Assembly (NCBI GenBank): GCA_050084515.1
Contig: CM114271.1
Coordinates: 15,686,001 to 15,750,000 of the forward strand
Source of the DNA: Blasia pusilla
Taxonomy: Eukaryota
Direction: 5' to 3'
DNA: 64,000 bases
Part shown: in pieces, positions 1 through 13,927 of the stretch
How the letters are laid out: every line of letters starts with the position of its first letter
How positions within the stretch are numbered: position 1 is the first letter of the stretch
The notes under the pieces: model-generated
Databases searched by the model: none
What the model saw: the letters and a program-made list of their open reading frames with translations, nothing else
What the model was told of the DNA's origin: nothing
Position numbers and translations under genes: made by a program

Positions 1-973
<973 letters not shown>

Positions 974-2091
974 ACTGCCGGGCCCGTTAACTCCACAATC
1001 AAGCAAATATCACAAGCCTGATCGAAAGGGGCTGCGATGAAAGAGGAAATAAATCTTGGAATTGAAATCTCGATGCCTATGCCAACATCTGCAAACGCAC
1101 ACGAGAAACTGACAGGTGGTGAGGGAACCCACAGCGCCTTATGATATGATGTTTGGGCCGCCTGCTCTTTCTTCGCTACTCGCTACGTCTTTGTACTAGG
1201 CTTACCGCTTCCGGAAGGAACGTGGCATACGTTGCGGCCTAAAATTTTATTTTATTTTATTTTAACGGCATTTGAGGGGTTTTCTTCCCTCCATCTGACC
1301 TATCCACTTGTCCCTGTCATAATTAATCCCCTCAAAGGGCCGCAAACTGGTTTTCATTGTAGTTGACCTGCCACGTGCTCGTTTTCTCACGAGCATGATT
1401 TCTGACCGTTCATTGGTACCCTCCCATGATGCCACGTCCACGTTTTGTCACGGTTCAAAGCACCCTGTATCGCGATTTCTACGGAGGAGAAAAAAATCAT
1501 ATAAAAAAATTAGATGGTTTGAAGAAAAAGAAACCCCTTCGCTAGGCGTTAAGGCGACTCGTCGTATACGTCAGTAAGCATTTCCTTAAGACTTCCTCTC
1601 AAGCACACGGAATTAAATCATAAGTTCCACTCGTGGAATTCGGTTAGGACACCTTGTTATTTGGAACAATCTATCTACGCTTGTGTTTTTTAGATGGAAA
1701 TATCTGTTTAGGGTTTTGTTTATCATGATTGCATATGAGGATCGTGCCATGGACGGATCCCAGATAAATGGAAAGCTTCCCAGGCATTTATGGGGCCATG
1801 GCCACCTTCCATTCATCTCAACTCAACATATGACCAATTCTTCTCCGGCTTTGCCAAGACAAGAATTGCTCCTATGATAACAATTAATCATGTTTTACAC
1901 AAATTTAAATCTTTTTCGTGTTGTTCGTAGAATAGGAAACATTTTTTTTCTTAGATGTCATATGTCAAACATATAAGTGTTTGCAAATCAAAAACATACT
2001 TTCCGATAATCATAAAGATGCGGCCTAGTGAAGGGCAGAAAGTGGGAAATAAGCGGTAGATGGGCGACGATATAAAATAACGGTTGGTTGT

Positions 2092-2560
2092 TGTCGTGCG
2101 CATACACATCGTTACACAACCCACATCGCTGGTCACATCTATACACCACACAACACCAATCTTCCCCAACATACGGGTAGATCCACACATAAACAAAATA
2201 TACTCACGCATTTACAAAATCAAAGAGTAATAAAAATGGCCCTCCCGGCCTAAAACTCCACTCATGAATCTACATCGGCACATCGGCATCAAACCACATC
2301 CACCCTCTGCTATGAGGGAACCCGGACGCTAGCACCCAAACTCCTACACACCCACACACGTCTATGCAAGAGAGGCGCTCCTAAGGCTCAACATGAGAAA
2401 GATGGCTTGAGGAGGAGCAAAAAAGCTCTTCCCCCAAAAATAGCCCTACCAACGATAACCTGCGTGCATAGGTTACCCGGTGACCATTAACCCCGCTCAA
2501 CGGATCACCAGACGGACTAAAACCAAAATAGGGAAATCTCCATAAAAGACGTTCCCGACA
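2092..2560 (-). mobile_element. LTR-like repeat, related to the LTR of the DNMT-Gypsy element at the window end
   Basis: Termini TGTCG...CGACA. The first ~45 bp resemble 56925-56975 and 56305-56350. 2215-2570 is repeated at 6190-6570. No clear TSD. Confidence 0.6.
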
Positions 2561-2816
2561 CAACAAACCTGTCGCTATATGAATAACGATAAAGGCAACG
2601 ATTGAGAAAATTCTCAAAAAAATGCACAATGGTGTTTTGCACTTTACATTGGTTATAAGCGATGGTGTGAAACATCATTCGCGGCAAGACCAATTGCAAG
2701 ACACAAAGGTGTGATTTAAGATGGACAATTAGGCGTCACTCATGAGATGCATGCAACTTGAGGAAAAAGCCCAAGGTAAGCTTGGTGAATCAAGATAGGG
2801 AAAAAATAACTATTGG

Positions 2817-3790
2817 AGTCGCGACCCTTATAACCAAACGAGCGCCAAATGGAACATTAGAACTCTAGTGGGCTCACGCTAGGATGGTTATACGTTGAAG
2901 AAGTCTCTTGAAGGAGACACAAGATATGAGATGTAAGCAAGGTTAAATATTTCATGCATTTATAGTCGCGACTAAGGAAACCTGAACTAAGCATGAAGCG
3001 AGACTTAAGAGGAGTCAAGTCTAGTTGAGAACCCGACTTGGAACGAGACTAGAGTTTGGGGTTTTTACTGTATTTTGGACCATAACTTTTATAAAAAGAT
3101 GTATTTGGGACAAGTAAGTTAGTGTTGAAAAGCTTATGCAAAGACGATTCCAATGCAATAAAGATCTTAGCAAAAGCACTAGTAGAGGTCAAGAAACTAC
3201 CCAAAAAATGACTGTATGGGGAGTTGGATTGAGAGCCAAAAGGAGCGGCCTGAGAGTCTTTTTCCCAAAGATTAGAGGCAGGGAGGAGAACCCCAAAAGT
3301 ACTTGTAAGGGGAAGGATCTCCAAGGGTGCTTGGAACCCAAACCCCATGGGACAAACCAAGGGCAAAAAAATGGATTAAGAGGTGGGTGTTGGGATACGA
3401 AACCCAAGCCAAATCCAACAGAGTGGATTGTGGGGGTCACTCCTGGATTCCAACCGACGATTCATTTAAGTGGGTCTTAGTTAGGGGCTCATACAAGGTC
3501 CATTGGACAATTAGGACCGCCATGCATGTAAATGTGCTTTTAGGTACCCGGACTATCTAGAAAGTTTGTCCCAAGTCTCAAATGACTTGCATGTGTTGGG
3601 AGGTAAGGAACTTGGAGGGTTGAGCTTGATGAATGACCTGAGGCGAGGACTCAGAGAGTTGAAAGGGTGATTAATCGAGACCCAACTAACGTGAGTGTGT
3701 TTGGGTGTAGATTAGCAGTGAGAGCGTGTCCTACTAAACATACACTTCCACAAGGCTAGAGATTGACGTTCAAGAGGAATAAGCACACAA
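2817..3790 (-). mobile_element. Diverged LTR copy, same family as solo LTR 6819-7820, opposite orientation
   Basis: gtcgcgaccc at ~2818 and agattgacgttcaagagg at ~3760 are reverse complements of the two ends of 6819-7820. Confidence 0.65.
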
Positions 3791-4020
3791 AAATTGGACC
3801 CATCCAAGTCATCTTGGGGTCCAATAAGCCAAACAGGTTCTCGAGAATCTTATGTAGTTTATATGTGGATTGAGGGCCAAAAGAAGTTTCCCGAGGTGGA
3901 TGCTTAATCTTGAGATGAGGGACCACAAAAATCAGAAGTTCCTTAAGGGGAATCACTTTCCCACCCTACACATCACTACACAATCCACATCGTTGGTCAC
4001 ATCTACACACCACACAACAC

Positions 4021-5369
4021 CGACCTTTGATAGAAAGATTATGCAGGCGTTTGGGGATCTTCTAGGACCCGGCTCATTAGAGTGCCCCGCGGGGGAGTTA
4101 GCTCGTAGACAGGCTTCTTGGCCAATTGCCTTTGGTGGAGTAGGGCTCATAGCGACTGAGTTAGTGGCGTCTTCAGCCTTTTTAGGGAGTTGGGTCACTG
4201 TAGCACCCCTCCTTTGCTCCCGATTTTTGGTTAGGGATAGACCGCTACTTTTACAATACGTTTCCCAGGTTGAGGATGGTCTTTTCCCACTTTAGTCTTC
4301 ACTCACAGCTTGTAGAGACTCCCTTCTTGTTGAGGCTAGAGCAATTCTTCCCGTTTTCTCTTCCCTAGTTACCTCCGGACAGTCTGGGCTCCAATCTTCT
4401 TTGATGGAATCCCACTTTGATGCATTGTTTAGAGCTACTATGTCGGACGGGAATATCCCCATGGAGGTTCGGGCCCGTATTCGCTCTTGCTCCGGAAAGG
4501 GGGCAGGCTCATGGGTGGGGGCTCGTCCCCTCATCCCGGCTTTCCGCATCGCACCACTTACCTACACTACAGCGATGAAGTTCCGACTGGGCCTGCCCGA
4601 ACCAATGGTGGTTGGTTTGACACATTGCGAGTGTCATCGGAGTCTGGATCCACTTGGTGTGCATATTGCACGATGTCCAGTTGGGGGTGAGAGGATAGCC
4701 ACTCACGATGCTATTTTGGATATTATGTTCTCTATTGCTCGGGAGAGTGGATTCCATGTACAAAGAGAGAGGCACTACTCCATGCGGGATTCCCTTATCC
4801 GTGCCAATCTCTACATGACGAGGGAGTTTGAGGTGGTGGTAGCGGATGTTGTAGTGACGGATCCTACGCGGGAGGCGGTGCGAGCCCAAGTGGTAGCACA
4901 AGGGAGATTGTTACAAGGAGCGCCGGTCAAGAAGACCCACATTTATAGTCGACTTCATGACGGACATCGATTTATCCCCCTAGCCATTGAGATGTGCGGG
5001 GCGATAGGGGAGAGGTTTGACTTGTTCCTTACGGATTGCGCCCATCATCTCCAGTCGAGAAATGGGTTGTCCTAAGCCACTACGATACTTTACTGCAGGC
5101 AACGGATCTCCATAGCTTTGCAACGCGCGCGGGAAAATGGGCTTCTGCGGCGGGCTCAGGCGGTTGGAGATGCCAATGCTAGAGGCCCACTTAGTAGTAG
5201 TCATAGTTCTCTAGGTGTTGCTAATATTGTCTCTGCTGTTGGTGATTTTGGTCGTTAGGGGGGAAAGCCCCCTTCTTTCTCCTCGGGGCCGATTCTGGCC
5301 TCTTGAGGTCTATTTTTTGGGTCTCCATGCCCCCTCTTTTGTATCGTGATAGGTTTCCCATCCTTTTTC

Positions 5370-5395
<26 letters not shown>
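4021..5395 (+). mobile_element. 5'-truncated CRE-like non-LTR retrotransposon (RT thumb, Zn-knuckle, restriction-like endonuclease), ending in a (TA)n tract
   Basis: ORFs 3870-4295 and 4401-5075 contain GGVGL..SAFLGSW, KFRLGLP, CEC..H..RC..GGERIATHD..E..ADVVVTDP..KK..Y..FIPLAIEMCG, typical RLE-clade motifs. Homologous to 35739-37040. (TA)n at 5370-5395. Confidence 0.8.
5370..5395. repeat. (TA)n microsatellite
   Basis: About 13 TA units seen directly. Confidence 0.95.
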
Positions 5396-5400
<5 letters not shown>

Positions 5401-6189
5401 TTTTATTACTCCCTGCGGCTCGTCCCTCTCCCAACCCATCTCCTTCTCCAACTCTATGCAGCTAGTCCCCCCTCTTCTCCAGTTACTGCACCCATCCCTC
5501 TTAGCTAGCCCCAAAAGCTAACCTTTCAGCTCCACTTGGGCACAGCACCCTATGCGGGTGCATCTCCTTAACTACGGGGAGGGGGGAATCTGGCCCAATG
5601 CCCTATGCAGGTCTCTCCCCTTCAGGACCTGTCTTCCACTCCAGCTCTCGCAACCCAACTCCAATAATTACTTGAACCTCCTTCAGGCACGCTGCCCTAT
5701 GCAACTACCCAGTTCCTTGTTTTCAACGTGCTCCTGTACCGGATCCTTGCCTTGCACGTGGCTCTTCCGAGTCCCTTGCCTACGCGATGCTCTTTCCCCA
5801 TATTGCTTCCACCTGACCCGCATAGCTACCTCCATGAAAACCGTGACGTAATCCTGACCTAGGCAGCTACGATCTAGCCCTCCTCCCGGCGGTTGCAACT
5901 CTCAAAGTTGCTCTTCTCTCTCTCTTTCTCGATACTCTTGCCATTTCCAAACAACGCTCACTCGCATGTACTCGCCGCCCCACTATACGTTACCCTCTAC
6001 TACTATCCCTCCTCAACCCGCACCAACGAGATCTGAGAAAACCAGACAGCCCTTCCGCGCACAACCTTCCGAACAGAAAACAACATACAAAACGCCACAC
6101 ACACGTCTCTAGGGGCTCCCCACCAAGGCAACTCGCTTGCCTACCTGCAAACAACGAATTCCCACTTGCCCCCTGACATCTTTCTCATA

Positions 6190-6570
6190 TAAAATCAAAG
6201 AGTAGTAAAAATGGCTCTCCTGGCCTAAAACTCCACTCATGAATCTACAATGGCATATCGAACCACATCCACCCTCTGCTATGAGGAAATCCGGATGCTA
6301 GCACCCTAACTCCTACACATCCACACACGTCTATGCAAGAGAGGCGCTCCTAAGGCTCAACATGAGAAAGATGGCTTGAGGAAGCCATCTCTCTCACTCT
6401 TATACCCTCGGGAAGAGCCAAAAAGCTCTTCCCCAAAAATAGCCCTACCAACGGTAACTTGCGTGCACAGGTTACCGGGTGACCGTTGACCCGCTCAACG
6501 GGTCACCTAACGGACTAAAACCAAAATAGGGAAATTTCCATAAATAAAATTCCCGACACAACGGACCTGT
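6190..6570 (-). mobile_element. Second copy of the 2092-2560 LTR-like repeat (partial); the missing end appears at 3968-4020
   Basis: Near-colinear match to 2215-2575 (aaaatcaaagagta...ttcccgacacaac..acctgtcgc). Confidence 0.7.
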
Positions 6571-6818
6571 CGCCAACCTCATCCGACATCTTGAGACAAA
6601 GTTGCACCTGAACAGCCCGCTGACTCTCTATGTCGTCGATGCGATAGAACTCTACCTATGTTGAAATAAGATGTGACACTATGGTAGCATGAACAAAGAT
6701 TAGTTGAAGAAGTTCCTCGATAACAAAAGCTCTTTCAAAATAAAAAAATTCCTTCAAAATTGATTATAGATGGCATTAGGCTGGTTTTAGATTTTTAATA
6801 AGTTTAGTAGGCAAGAAG

Positions 6819-7820
6819 TGTCGCGCCCCTACTCTCCTTGAACGTCAATCTTTAGTGTTGCGGAAGCGTACGTTTAGTAGGTCACGAACTCATCGCTGAT
6901 CTGCACCCAAACACGCACTCTCGTTAGTCGGGTCTGAGCCAATCAGCGTTCCAACCCACGGAGTCCTCAACTCGGCGTCTCATCAAGCTCAACCTTCCTT
7001 AGTTCCTAGTTTCCAAAACATGGCAAGTCCTTCAAGACTTGGAACAGACTTCCTGGTTAGTCTAGGATCTGAAATGGCCCTTGCGCGCCTAGCGATCCCA
7101 AGTGTTCAACGGTCCTCGGGTGAGTTCCGAACCGAGACCCAAGTAATTGAGTCGCGGGGTGGAATCCAAGAGGGATGTCTAAAATCGCCTCAATGGACTT
7201 GGTGCAGGTTTTCCAACCCAACCCCCAAACTCGCGTTCCGTTCCATGCCCTTGAGCCGACCCGCGGCGCCCAAAGTGGGGTTTGGGTTCCAAGCACTCTC
7301 GGAGACCTTCCCCCTTACTAGTACTTCTGGGGTTCTCCAATAACCCCTCCCCTTTGGGAAAAGAGGGTCGGGCCCTTCATTGTGGCCCTCAACCCGACTC
7401 CACTTACAGTCATTTTTGGGTTGTATCTCAGCCACTGCTAATGCGTTTACAGCGATCTTTGATGCGTTTGGACTGGCTCTCCATAAGCTTTCCAACGCAC
7501 CCTTATTTGCTCCAAACGCATCTTGGCGCTAAAAGTTATGGCCATAAATATAGTCAGAAACTCTCAAACGCTAGTGGCGTTTCAAATCAGGATCTTTCCT
7601 TTGGCAACCCACTTCCTAGACTCGACTTCTTTCAAGTCTCATTCCGCGTTTGGTCCAGGTTTCTCAGTCACGACCATAACACCTGAAACGCGACTCCTCG
7701 CTCGCGTCTCGTCTCTTGTCTCCTCTTTGAGACAACTCCAACGCGCAAACCATCTTAGCGTGAGCCCGCTAATGTTCCGATGTTCCGCTTGGCACTTGTT
7801 TGGTCATGAGGGTCGCGACA
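6819..7820 (+). mobile_element. Solo LTR (1002 bp) with 5-bp TSD
   Basis: TGTCGCG...CGCGACA termini; TSD AGAAG at 6814-6818 and 7821-7825. Confidence 0.9.
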
Positions 7821-7825
7821 AGAAG

Positions 7826-9060
7826 TGTGTCTCAAATTGTTCTTAATGTAGGAATGGAAAGAAAACTTTGTTAGTGAAGACCCTTTGTGAATTTTCTGCA
7901 TGTACATCTGGCCAAAATGTGTAAACGCGTACTGAAACGTGATGAGTGAGAACCTGAGAACAAACTTACAATAGGAATTATGGATGAGTTGTGATACTAG
8001 TGTAGGCGGCTTGGCAAAATTTTTAACATAACATGAAATAGCGTCAGTATATAATTTGTAGGAGGTGTAAAAGCGCAACGTGTTCTTGGTGAGGAACAAC
8101 GAAACATAAGTAGAATTGATCCAAGAGAGCCTAGTGGCTGGATAAGCGGTGGTAAAGTGGTGCCGGAAAATATTCTTGGGACCGGCGAAGTAGCCTGTGA
8201 GATCTACACCACATAATACATAACCGTCTGAAAATATTTTCCTAGATTGGTGTAACATGATGTGGAAAATGATGAACACATGGATAGTTGTCAAGTTGGG
8301 AAGACCCATATGGGATTACATAGTGAATGAGTTTAGCCTCGGCACTGCTATGCTAATCAACATCGGGTACACTAGATAGAGTGTCATCTTCTCGGGCATC
8401 TTTTAGTCAAACCAACAAGTGAGTGACCTTCGTAGATGATAGATCTACAAACGAGAAGCTCAAGAGGAAGCTTCATAATTAACCTAAGCTTTGGGAACAG
8501 GTCAAGCTTTAAATTTATGCCGCCTATGAGTCAAGAAAAATGGGCCGTAGTCTTTTAGTGTGTCAGTTTCATTGAAGACGATGCCCCTAAAAACCATCAC
8601 TTCATTCTAAATACATGATCATACATGGACAACAATTACTTGTTGGATATCAAACATAAAAGAAGTAGTAGATATAGTGGCACTTGTATATAAGAAAAAA
8701 ATGTGCAAGAAATGCACAGGTACTTGTAGCAAGGGGTTGTTTCTTCAACTCCCTCAATGAAGAAGCCCACAACTTGCATTGATCAATTAAGCGACTCATA
8801 TGTCGGCTCAAGATATCAACCCCCAGTAGGATTGGTCAAGACCTAAGTTGTTTGCATACTTAAGCTAGGCATCTGTTGGTGGAACAACTTGAGGTGGATT
8901 TTCGTGGGGGAGGTCGGGCATATCATTCAGGATCATCTTGGTGAAATTTACATATGATCTTGGTACCTAAAAGATATGTGTTAGTGAATGGCCACATGTA
9001 TACACTGGTTAATTATGGACAAAGGTGTGTTGTATACCAACCTAGTTAGTGTTTTGCATA
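7826..9060 (+). mobile_element. Highly degenerate Ty3/Gypsy pol remnant (also 6600-6813), interrupted by the solo LTR
   Basis: Scattered residual RT, RNase H and integrase-like words in the expected order (DYR..NK, DP....AV.KW, WWNNL). No open frame. Confidence 0.4.
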
Positions 9061-9559
9061 TTTTGGTCGGGTTGGCGCTAAAAGGTAGCCGACATAGGTA
9101 TAGTAGCTCGTTGATCATTAGAGTTGTTGTCACTCAATAGAATTGTCCCCGCATGCTGGGCGGCTAGTGGCGATGAAGATTTTTCCCAAGGCATGGAACG
9201 GGGCGGATGGTGTAGGGGACCTCCTCCCATGGCCTTCCACACAACTGTCGCTGGTTGCCATACTATCGAGATGTAATTAATCACGTAGAAATGAAGTAAT
9301 TAGGCACAACAAGTGGGTTATTGACCAAACACAAGTAGATCAAAAGGTGAAATGGAACCAAGAATTCAAATATTTGCCCTGATCTTAACACAATTGAGCA
9401 TCACATATGCAATCTCAAGAGCAAAGGCTACTTTTATAACCAGCAAGCATTTCTTTTGAATACTCATGCCTTGACTCTTATGGCCTACCATAGCATAACC
9501 CAAAATCATAGGGAATGTATTTTTTTTATACCTGTGGTTGGGCCCATAACGTAGAGTGG

Positions 9560-10400
9560 AGAAATTTAAACCAAGACTTGAGATGAGTTGAGTCTTGGAA
9601 GGTTAATTGCTAAAGAGGTGAGAGAACCAGTTTGGAACACGACTAGCGTTTGGGGAATTGGAATGTGTTTTGGACCATAAAGTTTAGCTCCAAGATGCAT
9701 TTTGGACAAATAAGGACGCGTTGGAAAACTTATTTTGAGACGCTTCCAACGCACTAAAGATCTTAGCAAACGCATAAGTACAAGATGATATATTGGCCAA
9801 AAATGATTGTGAGAGCAATCGGGTTGTGGGCCAATTTGAGGGGCCCGGCTATCTTTTCCTAAATTTAGGGGGACCTCAAAGATCCCTAGAAGTACTAGTG
9901 AGGGGGAGTCTCTCCAAGATGTCTTGGAACACGAACCCACTTTGAGCACCAAACGGCGTCTCAAGGGCATAGGATGGAACGGGAGTTTGGCGTTGGAACT
10001 CAAAACCCAAACCTGATCCAAGGAAGTGGACTTTGTATGCCACACTTGGATTCTGACCCGTGATTCATTTCGTGTGAGTCTTGGTTAGGGAATCATTGGA
10101 TGTCCATTGGAAAGTTGGAACCGCCAAGCGCGAAATGCCGTTTGACGTTCCTGAACTGACTAGAAAATCTATCCCAAGTCTTTTGATGCCTTGCCTGTGT
10201 TGCAAACCACAAAACTAGGAAGGTTGAGCTTGATGAGAGACCGAGACGAGAACTCAAAAAGTTAGCCCGCTGATTGATCCAGATCAGAGTAACCAGAGTG
10301 CGTGTTTGGATGCAGGCAGATCAACGTTGAGAGTGTGACCTACTGAACGCACCCTTCCACAACAACAAAGATTAACATTCAAAGAGAGTAGGCGCACGAA
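9560..10400 (-). mobile_element. Diverged LTR copy of the 6819-7820 family
   Basis: Ends in gagtaggcgcacg (reverse complement of the 6819 start). ORF 9566-10045 resembles the spurious ORFs of the 7020-7686 copy. Confidence 0.7.
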
Positions 10401-10449
10401 AGTACGTGAATAATTCTTTCGTTATTGTAGCTTCACAATAATTTTTTTC

Positions 10450-13090
10450 ATTCAATGATCTACATAAACACGCTCTAGTATATTTGCAAATGCACTATTG
10501 ATCGCTTGATTTGCAATATCAATATTGCACGTGAGTAACACCTTGTAGTTAATTGCAAGAAACTAAATTTGAGGGAAAGTAGTATTGTGAATCCAGTGAT
10601 CAAACTGTGGCTCGGAAAGCGCATATGTCGTAATGTGGATAGGGATATGTCCGCATAACCATAAAACGTGTGAGGGGCAACAACATTAAGAAGTTGGACA
10701 TTGAATTGATGTGAATAGTCTAATTGTGTGTCTTCATCGAGAAAATCAATTGCGATATTCTCATCAATGAAAGAGTTGGACAGATGCCTATCTATGTCAT
10801 TGTGGGTTGGTTGAGCAACCTTCATACGAGGAAAAATGTTGAGGAATGGTAGATCGAGGTTGTGCTTAATTCCCGCAAAGAGCTGGAATTTCAACATATG
10901 TGTGTAAAATGGGGAGGATGATATGTGGCAAAGCAAGCATAGCGCAGAAAACTTATGGCAACATACAAGAGGCAGTTGGTAGAGATCACCAATAAGTATG
11001 AGGAGTCGTACAGAATAGACTTCAGGTGGTCAAATAAGTCTAGTTTTTTTTCATTGAGCATGCGGGTAGGGAGGGTTTCAAATTCCCCTAGATTTTGAGG
11101 TCTGTTGAATCTACCTCGATCAGTGGATGACATAGATCTATTCAAAACCAGGCCAAATATCAATCTCAGGCTTACTTCATCGAGGCCATCAAGGCCAAGG
11201 TACTTAGCACACTCACTAGTGATGTTTACAAAACCTTGGGGTTTAGATTTGAGGTCATATTTAAGGAGTTAGAATGACCATTGCATGTTTGTAACATGCT
11301 AAAGGTTCATATGTGTCCTCCATAATAACAGAAAAACACAATGATATGGTATGACATCGCGGTGTTGGCTGCTAGGTCTCTAGTATACCCACTTTAGGTT
11401 GGATGGGTCCATTGCTGGATTTATTTGATAACTAGGTGGAGGGGGGAAACCTATCTTACAGTTGGGTGGGTGGTATGCTGTCCTATTCACAATGCCTAGT
11501 ACACCTTGTTTATGGGTATTGATTTGCTTGGTCTTGACGTAATGATGCAACTTAAATGTTGTAAGAGCACAACTTTGCGATACACGAACCAAATCTTGTG
11601 GAAAAGGAATGTAGCAAAAAAATATTGTGGGTGATCTAATCAACATCATTGGCATCTATCCACAAAATAATATGAGAGTGCAGACTGCCCCTATTTTGCA
11701 ACTCATACCTGACAAGGTAGTTTATCACACGACCAAGGATTTGGGGGCCATTGAGTACACAATCACGAAATAACAGCTTAAGGTGTGTATGGAATAGCAT
11801 TAATGCGCACTCGACCGAGGCATCCCTCCACAAGAACCTAAGATTCACTCTCCGTAGGAACTGCTCAATATCGTTGATATCTTGCCACCTACTGTGTGAA
11901 ACCTCATATGAGATAAGGATGAAGAAAAAGTTGGGCAAACCCCACTTGTTCACCATTGCTTTAAAGTCGCGCAGGTGGCGTCGGTGCCACGATGGGTTGC
12001 CATGGAGTTGGGCACTAAAACGATATTTAGGTACATGAGAATACAATTCCCCATCAAGGAGGTCTGGCTACCTCCTTCTTAATTGCTCAAGCTTGTGGTT
12101 GAGTTTACATGTGCGGGTAGAGGACGCAATAGCAATAGATTACCTTAGCTGATGCGTAACAAGTAGGGATGGCTTATAAAGAGTAAACACACTAAATAAT
12201 TGCTTGACGTGGCATGGAATGTAATCAATTGTTTTTGTGGTACCACAGAAATGTCCCCCTCAGGTGAAAATATCCCCTCAAGTAGGGGACCCGGATCAGA
12301 AATGGAAATTTACATGTTTCAATACTCAACGTAGCATCAAGAGATATACCATTGCTATCATTAAGAAACAGATCTCTACAATGCGCGCTCTCTCTGAGAA
12401 AAATTCTTCCACTATGGAAGATATCATAGGATGGCCTCCTTTTTAGTAGCAAGGAGTGTTGTACATCTTGCAAAACATTAAGCTCTGCACTATACGGATT
12501 TGCTGCCATTCTATGGGTTAACTGACCTCTTTGTTGGGATGCGCCAATACTACCATCAACAAATGAAGGGGATATGTAGCGCGACAAGGCCGCAAGCAAG
12601 AGCGTGCAACTTGATAAGGGACTTGTATTGTGAATAAAACTCATTCACATGTAAGTTAAGCAAAAAAAAAGCTTTCCTTACTTGCCGACACATGCATCCT
12701 TAGCAATGGGATGCCGAGTGCCCCATCCAAGCAGGGGCAATCAATAAGGGAGTTAATCTAAAAAAAGCCCCGATGGAAGCCGTTGTATTTTGTTTAGATT
12801 CCCAACCTTCAATCAACAAGTAAAAGCAAGTGTAGGTAAAGTGGGTTTGCTTCCAAAATATCATAGGCGGGTCTCATGTATACATTATAAGTTGTATTAC
12901 CACCACTGGCTGAGCAGTATTAGCAAACATACTAAGGGTATACATCATATATATAATCTAGCAAGTATGCATTACATAAGCCATAGAGAGTGTACACATG
13001 TGTGGTAGTTGTACATTGTCATCCGTAGTTGCCCATTGTTGTAGGGTACTGCCCCACAAAACCCACAACATCTCAACTCGTGTACAAGTA
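10450..13090 (-). mobile_element. Degenerate, internally deleted Helitron (Rep plus partial PIF1 helicase)
   Basis: ORF 11636-12046 has the HUH Rep motif RYELQNRGSLHSHIILW and WGLPNFF. ORFs 12225-12644, 11380-11655 and 10475-11163 are homologous to the + strand copy at 50260-55547. Confidence 0.85.
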
Positions 13091-13573
13091 AGGAGCATTG
13101 CCTTTCCCACCTACCTAGAAGTGTGGAAATATTTCTTCGCTAATAAGCTTAAGTAGAATTTTATTAGTAGAAACAGTGAGAATATATGTGCACAATATTT
13201 GTGATCTTGAATTTATTTGGCTTCTTGTATCTTAATTGTTAAATTTTTGTTGTTGTTGGTTTTCCCATATTTTTACTCATGGTTTGTCCATCGTAGGGAA
13301 GGCCAACCTCAATCTATAATACTAGTTTACATGTCAAGGAAGTCTGTCCCAAATCTTAAATGACTTTAATGTGTTGGAAAGAGGGGTTACCCATCTGGAT
13401 CTCTCGAGTTTAAGGGGTGACCCAAGATCCAAACTTAGGATACGCAAGGTTAGTTGAACCAAACTATGGCTTATGTGAGCGTGTTTGGATGTAGATAAGA
13501 AAGAAGACCATGATCTATTGAACCTAAGCTTCTCGATCCAGAACACCGGCTTTCAAGGGAGTAGGTGCATGAA

Positions 13574-13927
13574 TGTAACTCTCCAGCTCACGGAACCACT
13601 CTAGAGTTGCTCAAAGGTAGAATACCCCTCGAGGCCTCTCCTCTTCCTTTATATACTTAGAGAGAGGTACAATGAAGACAAATTAGCTCTACCTATCCTT
13701 ATGCCACGTGTCATAGTCTCATAGCATGAGAGGATCTCCTTTGGAGTCTAATGTCCCAACCTCATCTTCCTCAACCTCATCCTTATCTTCGTTTTCACCA
13801 ACCTATGGTCCCACTCTCATCTTTATCTCATGTGTCTTGTCTTTTCTCTTTTTGGTTGATTCTTTCCCACTTATGCGCTTTATGTCATAGATTCTAACTT
13901 AACTATGACTAACAAAGGATGGTTACA
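13574..13927 (-). mobile_element. Short solo LTR (354 bp) with 5-bp TSD, inserted at the end of another LTR fragment (13330-13570)
   Basis: TGTAAC...GTTACA termini; TSD ATGAA at 13569-13573 and 13928-13932; TATATAAAGG on the minus strand. Confidence 0.8.

Noticed and set aside
7755-8309. 184-aa minus-strand ORF
   Set aside because: No motifs; antisense to a degenerate Gypsy remnant.
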